Sequence record: MW316732.1
DNA length: 24,000 nt
Reading direction: 5' to 3' (one strand)
DNA from: Acinetobacter phage Herod
The notes beneath the pieces are model-generated. The model was not told where the DNA came from and did not search any database. It saw nothing but the letters and a program-made list of their open reading frames with translations. Both the position numbers and the translations under genes were made by a program. Positions 7,929-13,187 of this stretch are shown piece by piece (the stretch's first letter is position 1; every line of letters starts with the position of its first letter).

Positions 7929-8444
7929 ATGTCACAGGAAAGTGAAGACTTAGAAGTTTCTTCTCAAGATACTCCAATTGGCTCTGAGTTAATGACTAAT
8001 GCTCAGAAAAAACTCAAAGAAGCCCAAAAGAAAAGAGTATCTTTAGAAAAAATTATTGCTTTAACAGATGATGCTATGATTGACTCGATTCAGTACATGC
8101 ACGAAACAGTAAAAAATCCTAAAGTAAGTCCAAATGCTCGTGTTGTTTGTGCGAATAACTTGGTTGCAATCAACCTTAAAGCTAAAAAACAACTTACAGA
8201 AGAGAAAATGGCTGAACAAATGTACAGACATAAGGAACTTGTTATCCGTGCTGAAGCTATGAAGATTGCTCAATTGGCTGGTATAGGTCAAGAAGGTGGA
8301 GGATATGCTTCAGAAAGAACTGGGACTTTACAGTTAGAGTACGTAGAGAATCCAGAGTATGCCGATGTTCCTACAGACCCAACATTAGCTGATGGATACG
8401 TTCCTGAATCTGGTGAAGGTCTGGGTGAGTATGAGATAAATTAA
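7929..8444 (+). CDS. terS: Putative terminase small subunit
   Basis: 171 aa; helical N-terminal/central region (AQKKRVSLEKIIALTDDAMIDSIQYMHETVKNPKVSPNARVVCANNLVAINLKAKK) resembling phage TerS proteins; upstream of terL across the tRNA island. Confidence 0.55.
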   Translation: MSQESEDLEVSSQDTPIGSELMTNAQKKLKEAQKKRVSLEKIIALTDDAMIDSIQYMHETVKNPKVSPNARVVCANNLVAINLKAKKQLTEEKMAEQMYRHKELVIRAEAMKIAQLAGIGQEGGGYASERTGTLQLEYVENPEYADVPTDPTLADGYVPESGEGLGEYEIN

Positions 8445-8527
8445 CCTTATTTTGTACAATAAATATACAACTAAGTAATATTTTTATGGTTTTTATGAAA
8501 AATTTATGAAAATATCAAATTTAGGTG

Positions 8528-8555
8528 TTGACAATGTATAAAAATCTGGTAATCT
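8528..8555 (+). promoter_or_regulatory. Candidate promoter for the tRNA island
   Basis: TTGACA (8528-8533), 16-nt spacer, TAATCT (8550-8555) with extended TGg. Confidence 0.55.
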
Positions 8556-8654
8556 TAAATACGTAGCGCTGATAAACACATTGATTATTTGTTTTTCATA
8601 GTTATGTCCTTATCGGTAACCAAGAGCGATTTTACTCTTGGTTATTTGTAGTAG

Positions 8655-8700
8655 TGCCCGAGTGGTCGAAGGGGGTGGACTGTAAATTCACTATATCACA
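8655..8700 (+). tRNA. 5' half resembling tRNA-Tyr(GTA); no canonical T-arm/acceptor found after it
   Basis: TGCCCGAGTGGTCGAAGGGG D-arm, anticodon stem GTGGA/TTCAC with loop CTGTAAA; expected GGTTCGAATCC-type T-arm not visible downstream. Confidence 0.4.
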
Positions 8701-8887
8701 CGTTGACGATCAATAGCACAGCGCAAAACAGATGCTTCCAAGAGCTTCAACCTGTGGCGGAGCTTCACAATACTTGGTTTTATTTGGTGAAGCGAAACCT
8801 GTGTTTTAACATATAGGTAAATTGTATATAGCTTGGGGCATGAAACTCCGATTGATGTTTACTTATATTCTAGGTTATTCAGCTTAG

Positions 8888-8907
8888 TGACTGCTAGGAA
8901 AGACTAG
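8888..8907 (+). repeat. Copy 1 of a 20-nt perfect direct repeat (TGACTGCTAGGAAAGACTAG)
   Basis: Identical to 9056-9075; contains a GCTAG/CTAG(C) hairpin with GAAAGA loop. Confidence 0.9.
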
Positions 8908-9055
8908 CAACAAATTTACAAATATTCTCGAAAGTCCAAACGCATTAAGCGATATTACGAGATGGTGACGGGATCAATGAAAGGGCAACCCTAACCCCCT
9001 ACTTGCAATGCGGTATTAGCGTCAAGTCAAAATGACAAAGTGCAAGATTGTAGAC

Positions 9056-9075
9056 TGACTGCTAGGAAAGACTAG
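9056..9075 (+). repeat. Copy 2 of the 20-nt perfect direct repeat (TGACTGCTAGGAAAGACTAG)
   Basis: Identical to 8888-8907, offset 168 nt. Confidence 0.9.
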
Positions 9076-9149
9076 TAAATTTAGAGAAGTGAACAAAAGG
9101 AAGCGGAAACTAGCAGAAACGGTGTACAACGGATTTGCAAAGTCTTAAT

Positions 9150-9223
9150 CTGGATTTAGCTCAGTTGGTTAGAGTAACGGGCATTTAACTCGTGGGTCAT
9201 TGGTTCAAGTCCAATAATCACTA
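9150..9223 (+). tRNA. tRNA-Lys(TTT), with an incompletely paired acceptor stem
   Basis: D-arm GCTC..GAGT, anticodon arm ACGGG-CATTTAA-CTCGT, T-arm ATTGG-TTCAAGT-CCAAT; acceptor CTGGATT/AATCACT pairs only in its inner 4 bp; no encoded CCA. Confidence 0.65.
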
Positions 9224-9245
9224 GTTCACTTCATCTAAGTTTATG

Positions 9246-9328
9246 CGGAGACCTGATCGGTGTATTGAAGCAAGTGACTAGTTAAACTTGTGAATAGAGA
9301 GTGGTTTGATTCCACATGACTCCGCTCC
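9246..9328 (+). tRNA. tRNA-like element, isotype unclear, possibly degenerate
   Basis: GCGGAG / CTCCGC terminal stem, then T and CCA; GTGG-TTTGATT-CCAC T-arm-like hairpin; central stem CAAGT/ACTTG has a 10-nt loop instead of 7. Confidence 0.35.
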
Positions 9329-9347
9329 AAAATTTTACTCGTTATAT

Positions 9348-9422
9348 AGTACCTTAGTTCAGGGGTAGAACGCAGAACTGATAATTCTGAGGTCGATGGT
9401 TCGAAACCATCAGGTACTACCA
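9348..9422 (+). tRNA. tRNA-Ile(GAT)
   Basis: Acceptor AGTACCT/AGGTACT, anticodon arm CAGAA-CTGATAA-TTCTG, T-arm GATGG-TTCGAAA-CCATC, A73, encoded CCA. Confidence 0.95.
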
Positions 9423-9559
9423 ATTTAAAAAGATTTATTTAAGATGTACTCTCTGTTTGTCAAATTAACATCAAGTGTAATCTTACTCTCACTGGTACGG
9501 CATTACCACAAGATTACATCTTAAATAGATTTTATAGCTATTTTAAAAGTTTATTCAGG

Positions 9560-9631
9560 TCTAGTGTAGCACAACGGTAGTGCAGCAGATTGTTAATCTG
9601 TTGGTTGTTGGTTCGAATCCAGCCTCTAGAG
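9560..9631 (+). tRNA. tRNA-Asn(GTT)
   Basis: Acceptor TCTAGTG/CTCTAGA (one mismatch), anticodon arm GCAGA-TTGTTAA-TCTGT, T-arm GTTGG-TTCGAAT-CCAGC; no encoded CCA. Confidence 0.9.
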
Positions 9632-10423
9632 CCTGAGTAAATTTTTGATGATTTGCATGAGTGTAACTGATATGGTTGTAAGTCATCAAATTAAGAATTA
9701 CCCTTCGGGGTATGGGTCGTGTATAACCCTTAGATAAACTGCAAAACAGTATAAAGTCGTAACGGCAGTTATGGCGCAGAGTAAAATCTGTCAAGTACAC
9801 ACTCAAGGTATCATACTTATGTGGCGTAGAGCCAATCGGTGTAAACCATTTAAGTATGGGAGTGTAATGCTCCTGAGTCGATAGACAATAAGAGAACTTG
9901 AAGGTATCTAGCGAAGTTGATTGTCAAGTCAAAACGCTGTTTACCATTGTGAGAGGTATATAGAGTTTAACAGGTGGTGCTGAATCTCGTAGTCCTAAAC
10001 CAAGTGGACAATATATGCTTGAAACATCGTGCATGGTAAAGCACATTAGGTAGTGTGGTATTGATGGGTTCAAAAGATCTGTTAGCCACAGAGAAACCAC
10101 TATCTATGCAAAACAAATTTCAAGTTTAGGAAAAATTTAAAATTCAAAAGCGTTTCTCACGTTGGCATGAAAGGTGCTTACATAGTAATGGGTTGTCCAT
10201 TGCACATTTAACCCGAAAGGTTACTTGTATTTTCATGAAAGGATTATGTTTGGTAGGCATACTAGCATAGTTTGAGTATTGGGAGAGTAGTTCCAACGTC
10301 TAAGAGTGGTTAGCTATACTGACCAGCACTGATCACTACTATATAAAGTATAGTGGATAATGAGGGAAAAAATAATCCTCTCAAGGTGGTCATTTAAACG
10401 TGTAATCTCAGCGTTTTACTTGT

Positions 10424-10499
10424 GGCTCTGTAGCATAGTGGATTATGCACCTCCCTGTCTAGGAGAAAAACGCCAGTTCGAGTCTGGTCAGAGTCGCCA
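10424..10499 (+). tRNA. tRNA-Asp(GTC)
   Basis: Acceptor GGCTCTG/CAGAGTC, anticodon loop CTGTCTA, T-arm GCCAG-TTCGAGT-CTGGT, G73, encoded CCA. Confidence 0.9.
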
Positions 10500-10503
10500 A
10501 TAT

Positions 10504-10578
10504 GCACGAGTAGCTGAGATGGATTAGCGCAACCCTGAAAAGGTTGAGAGGTTGGATCATTACCAACATCGTGCACCA
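10504..10578 (+). tRNA. tRNA-Phe(GAA)
   Basis: Acceptor GCACGAG/ATCGTGC (one mismatch), anticodon arm CAACC-CTGAAAA-GGTTG, T-stem GTTGG/CCAAC with atypical loop ATCATTA, A73, encoded CCA. Confidence 0.85.
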
Positions 10579-10606
10579 AATTTTTAAAAGAAGAATTATT
10601 TTAGGA

Positions 10607-10682
10607 TTACCATAACCTAAAGGCTCGAAGGGGCGGTCTGCAACATCGTTGTTAGTGAGTTAAAGTCTCACATGGTAATCCA
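10607..10682 (+). tRNA. tRNA-Cys(GCA)
   Basis: Acceptor TTACCAT/ATGGTAA, anticodon arm GCGGT-CTGCAAC-ATCGT, T-arm GTGAG-TTAAAGT-CTCAC, T73, encoded CCA. Confidence 0.8.
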
Positions 10683-10693
10683 AAGTGATTTTT

Positions 10694-10781
10694 AGAGGTT
10701 AAACCAGATAGGTTCTGGGACACCCTGCTAAGGTGATCGTGTTAGAAATAGCATTCGGATCGAGACCGATGGCCTCTGCCA
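10694..10781 (+). tRNA. tRNA-Ser(GCT)
   Basis: Acceptor AGAGGTT/GGCCTCT, D-stem CCAG/CTGG, loop CTGCTAA, long variable arm TGTTA-GAAA-TAGCA, G73, encoded CCA. Confidence 0.85.
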
Positions 10782-10786
10782 AGTTT

Positions 10787-10862
10787 GATTCCTTAGCTCA
10801 ATTGGTAGAGCATTTCCCTTACAAGGAAGGGGTTGTAGGTTCGAAACCTATAGGAATCACCA
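10787..10862 (+). tRNA. tRNA-Val(TAC)
   Basis: Acceptor GATTCCT/AGGAATC, loop CTTACAA, T-arm GTAGG-TTCGAAA-CCTAT, A73, encoded CCA. Confidence 0.95.
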
Positions 10863-10987
10863 AATTTAGATATGGGAGTTGCAGGATTCTCCCACTGTTA
10901 GCTACTTTTAGAGTAGTCCGTGTAGGTTGACCGAACGAAGTTGTCGGTGATGCTACCAGAGCAGAACATTAATCAACACCTGTACTT

Positions 10988-11076
10988 GGTGGGTAGCGTC
11001 AAGGTGACAAAGAGGGCTTGAACCCCTTGCCAATTGTGATGAGCAGTTGAGAGTTCGATTCTTTTACCCATCGCCA
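10988..11076 (+). tRNA. tRNA-Ser(TGA)
   Basis: Acceptor GGTGGGT/ACCCATC, anticodon arm GAGGG-CTTGAAC-CCCTT, long variable region, T-arm GAGAG-TTCGATT-CTTTT, G73, encoded CCA. Confidence 0.8.
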
Positions 11077-11077
11077 A

Positions 11078-11151
11078 GCGTTTATAGTGTAGTGGTAACA
11101 CCCTGTACTTCCAATTCAGTATCTTCGGTTCGAATCCGAATAGACGCTCCA
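11078..11151 (+). tRNA. tRNA-Gly(TCC)
   Basis: Acceptor GCGTTTA/TAGACGC, D-stem GTGT/ACAC, loop CTTCCAA, T-arm TTCGG-TTCGAAT-CCGAA, T73, encoded CCA. Confidence 0.9.
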
Positions 11152-11163
11152 GATTATGTTTAT

Positions 11164-11286
11164 GGACACTTCCTAAGGTTCTTTCTACAGGTTCGAAACT
11201 GTTTTAAGAATTGCTGGTGCTAGGTTTAGCGTCAAGGATCATTCGAAGGGTTCTTGGGGTGGTGAGTTCGATTCTCACAGTGTTCC
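11164..11286 (+). tRNA. Oversized tRNA-like element (~123 nt)
   Basis: GGACACT/AGTGTTC would form an acceptor stem and GTGAG-TTCGATT-CTCAC is a canonical T-arm, but the interior is far longer than a tRNA and no clear anticodon arm was found. Confidence 0.3.
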
Positions 11287-11305
11287 TCCCGATTTTAAAG
11301 TTTAT

Positions 11306-11382
11306 CTCTGTGTAGCTCAGTTTGGTAGAGCACTCGCTTTGGGAGTGAGGGGTCGTAAGTTCAATTCTTACTACAGAGACCA
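11306..11382 (+). tRNA. tRNA-Pro(TGG)
   Basis: Acceptor CTCTGTG/TACAGAG, anticodon arm CTCGC-TTTGGGA-GTGAG, T-arm GTAAG-TTCAATT-CTTAC, A73, encoded CCA. Confidence 0.95.
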
Positions 11383-11388
11383 ATTATT

Positions 11389-11465
11389 GGGTAGTTGAAG
11401 GGAATGGCATACCTTTCACGCTTAGAACGTGAAGTTTCTGAGTTCGAGTCTCAGACTACCTACCA
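11389..11465 (+). tRNA. tRNA with Leu anticodon (TAG) but short variable loop
   Basis: Acceptor GGGTAGT/ACTACCT, anticodon arm TCACG-CTTAGAA-CGTGA, variable AGTTT, T-arm CTGAG-TTCGAGT-CTCAG, A73, encoded CCA. Confidence 0.9.
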
Positions 11466-11471
11466 AATTCT

Positions 11472-11547
11472 GGGGATATAGCCCAACGGCAGAGGCAAGA
11501 GGTTTAAACCCTCTCAAGTTTCAGTTCGAGTCTGAATATCCCTACCA
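11472..11547 (+). tRNA. tRNA with Leu anticodon (TAA) but short variable loop
   Basis: Acceptor GGGGATA/TATCCCT, anticodon arm AGAGG-TTTAAAC-CCTCT, variable CAAGT, T-arm TTCAG-TTCGAGT-CTGAA, A73, encoded CCA. Confidence 0.9.
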
Positions 11548-11562
11548 ATTTAGGAGTGCTAC

Positions 11563-11844
11563 ATGGAAGTATTACTTGTTAGTGATTGTAGATGCCAAGA
11601 GCGTTTTGACTTTGCAGATATTGTAAAGGATGCTCAAGAACAAGGTATTAAAATTAAATATTCATTAGTTCCTAAGAAGATATCCTATGAAGATAGAACT
11701 TACACATTTGTTAATGTTGAAGATCTCACTAAGGATAAAAGTTGTATTGTTGGTAAGAAGTTTGATGATGTCTATTTGACACCAGAAGCTAAAGATGCTA
11801 TACCTTTAGGGTTGCTATCATTTATACTTACAAGAATACGTTAA
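11563..11844 (+). CDS. Hypothetical protein, 93 aa, embedded in the tRNA island
   Basis: ORF MEVLLVSDCRCQERFDFADIVKDAQEQGIKIKYSLVPKK... with TAGGAG upstream. Confidence 0.7.
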   Translation: MEVLLVSDCRCQERFDFADIVKDAQEQGIKIKYSLVPKKISYEDRTYTFVNVEDLTKDKSCIVGKKFDDVYLTPEAKDAIPLGLLSFILTRIR

Positions 11845-11890
11845 GGTTTAAGTCCCTACACCCTCCAAGAGCCTTCTTAGGTGGGTAACC

Positions 11891-11962
11891 TCTGCGTTGG
11901 CAGATAGGATATGCAACGGTCTTCTAAACCGTATCAGATAGGTTCGAATCCTATACGCAGAG
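11891..11962 (+). tRNA. tRNA-Arg(TCT)
   Basis: Acceptor TCTGCGT/ACGCAGA, anticodon arm ACGGT-CTTCTAA-ACCGT, T-arm ATAGG-TTCGAAT-CCTAT, G73; no encoded CCA. Confidence 0.9.
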
Positions 11963-11984
11963 ATTACTCAGTTAGGAGGTTATT

Positions 11985-12425
11985 TTGCACCACACTAAAG
12001 ATAAAGGTGATTTAGGTTTAATAAAAGTTATGTGCGATCTTTCAGAGCAAGGTTTTAAAATACTAACCCCGTTCTCTGAGCACCTACCATTCGATTTAGT
12101 AGTGTTTAGTCCTGTTAGTGGGAGGCTCTATAAAGTTCAAGTTAAGTACAGAAAATTATCAAAAGGTGTTGTTAAGGTACCTCTTAGGACTAGCTTCTTA
12201 AGTGGTGCTGGTAGTGTTACAAAGCGGTATAAAGGTGGGGATTTTGATGTTATAGCTGTCTATTGTCCAGATACCCAGTCTTGCGCCTACCTTACAAGTG
12301 AGGATACAGAGCACTTAAACAACTCTGCAACCCTAAGAGTTGAACCTCCTAGAGTTAGTGTAAGTGGTGTGCTTAGTGTGGGAGTTAAGATGTTTTCTGA
12401 TTATTCAAAGTTCCCTTTGGATTAA
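11985..12425 (+). CDS. Putative PD-(D/E)XK_5-like nuclease (family associated with group I intron homing endonucleases)
   Basis: 146 aa; KGDLGLIKVMCDLSEQGFKILTPFSEHLPFDLVVFSPVSGRLYKVQVKYRK...GDFDVIAVYCPDTQ resembles PD-(D/E)XK proteins with PFDLV...QVK; AGGAGG RBS before a TTG start. Confidence 0.6.
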   Translation: MHHTKDKGDLGLIKVMCDLSEQGFKILTPFSEHLPFDLVVFSPVSGRLYKVQVKYRKLSKGVVKVPLRTSFLSGAGSVTKRYKGGDFDVIAVYCPDTQSCAYLTSEDTEHLNNSATLRVEPPRVSVSGVLSVGVKMFSDYSKFPLD

Positions 12426-12506
12426 GATGTTGGTACGTGACAACCTTAATCGACAGCCTTGAGCTACACGTAGTATTAAAATGTTAAAAATAATTAAACA
12501 AAATGC

Positions 12507-12536
12507 TTGACAAATAGATTTTTAGTGTTATATATA
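12507..12536 (+). promoter_or_regulatory. Candidate promoter upstream of tRNA-Met
   Basis: TTGACA (12507-12512) then TATATA at 16-nt spacing (extended TGt) or TATAAT at 18-nt spacing. Confidence 0.65.
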
Positions 12537-12560
12537 ATATATAAGCAATTAAGTTTTCAT

Positions 12561-12635
12561 AGCGAGGTAGTGTAACGGTTTGCACAGGGGACTCATAATC
12601 CTCTGGTTTGGGTTCGAATCCCAACTTCGCTTCCA
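12561..12635 (+). tRNA. tRNA with CAT anticodon (Met; Ile2 not excluded)
   Basis: Acceptor AGCGAGG/CTTCGCT, loop CTCATAA, T-arm TTGGG-TTCGAAT-CCCAA, T73, encoded CCA. Confidence 0.9.
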
Positions 12636-12655
12636 GTTTCGGAGGATCAATTATC

Positions 12656-12970
12656 GTGTATTTAGAACTAGTAGAAAATGAAGCATTTAGCCAGATTGGT
12701 ACAAACCGAAAGGTTATCTTCAAATTTGGTGCAAAATGGTGCTCTGGTTGTAAAGCGATAACTCCAGTCCTCAAAAAATTATCTGAACAAAATCCTGATA
12801 TCGTATTTGTAGATATCGATATTGAGCAATCGAAAGAATTAGCTGAAAGATTTAATGTTCAGACCTTACCAACTTTCATATCTTTCCAAGAGTCCTTAAA
12901 GAAGGATACCATTGTAGGTACTCCTAAGATTACTCAGTTGAAAGAAATGATCACAAATATGCAAAAATAA
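12656..12970 (+). CDS. Thioredoxin/glutaredoxin-like protein, 104 aa
   Basis: KVIFKFGAKWCSGCKAITPVLKKLSEQNPDIVFVDIDIEQSKELAERFNVQTLPTFISF; GGAGGA RBS supports a GTG start at 12656 rather than the TTG inside tRNA-Met. Confidence 0.8.
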   Translation: MYLELVENEAFSQIGTNRKVIFKFGAKWCSGCKAITPVLKKLSEQNPDIVFVDIDIEQSKELAERFNVQTLPTFISFQESLKKDTIVGTPKITQLKEMITNMQK

Positions 12971-12996
12971 TAATAAAAATACATTGGTTCCGTTCC

Positions 12997-13018
12997 AAAC
13001 CTTTAGTTTAAGGTTTTT
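12997..13018 (+). terminator. Probable rho-independent terminator
   Basis: AAACCTT-TAGTTT-AAGGTTT followed by TT. Confidence 0.6.
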
Positions 13019-13025
13019 CTCCAAT

Positions 13026-13095
13026 CCCACTAACCAAATAACTGTTATGGATGACACAAGTCAATAATAGGGAATAATTAAGGTTAGTGGGTTTT
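13026..13095 (+). terminator. Long-loop inverted repeat, possible terminator
   Basis: CCCACTAACC (13026-13035) / GGTTAGTGGG (13082-13091) followed by TTTT. Confidence 0.35.
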
Positions 13096-13187
13096 CTTAT
13101 TTATAATGAAATTTCGTGTAGGTTTAAGAGGTGGTGCTTACTTGTCCTAGGCATCACCCCTTAAGTTATCAACATAGAGGACAAGCT

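Noticed and set aside
9241-9423. Minus-strand ORF MVVPDGFEPSTSELSVLRSTPELR...
   Set aside because: It is antisense translation of tRNA-Ile and flanking sequence; the GFEPSTSELSVLRSTP-type peptide is a known tRNA artefact.
9561-9806. Minus-strand ORF containing AGFEPTTNRLTICCTTV
   Set aside because: Antisense translation of tRNA-Asn; typical spurious protein.
8650-10423. A second group I intron in the tRNA island
   Set aside because: I looked for P/Q/R/S core strings like those in terL and did not find a convincing set; left as unexplained structured RNA.
10394-10579. Minus-strand ORF MVHDVGNDPTSQPFQGC...
   Set aside because: Spans antisense of tRNA-Asp and tRNA-Phe; spurious.
10733-10930. 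Plus-strand ORF MIVLEIAFGSRPMASAKFDSLAQLVEHFPYKEGVVGSKPIG...
   Set aside because: Reads through tRNA-Ser and tRNA-Val; a typical tRNA-derived false ORF.
11429-11626. Minus/plus small ORF over the two Leu-anticodon tRNAs
   Set aside because: Overlaps two well-folded tRNA genes and the true start of the 11563 gene.
8650-12640. CRISPR array explanation for the repeated elements
   Set aside because: Only two copies of the 20-mer, 168 nt apart, and the other repeated units are tRNA arms; no regular repeat-spacer pattern.
12608-12655. N-terminal extension of the thioredoxin ORF from TTG 12608
   Set aside because: Lies inside tRNA-Met; GTG at 12656 has a GGAGGA ribosome-binding site.
12484-12774. 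Minus-strand ORF across promoter, tRNA-Met and thioredoxin start
   Set aside because: Antisense to well-supported features.
13131-13187. N-terminal extension of the HNH ORF
   Set aside because: The NUMOD4 domain begins at MEEIWKPVEGF and ATG 13188 has an RBS; the extension overlaps a hairpin.
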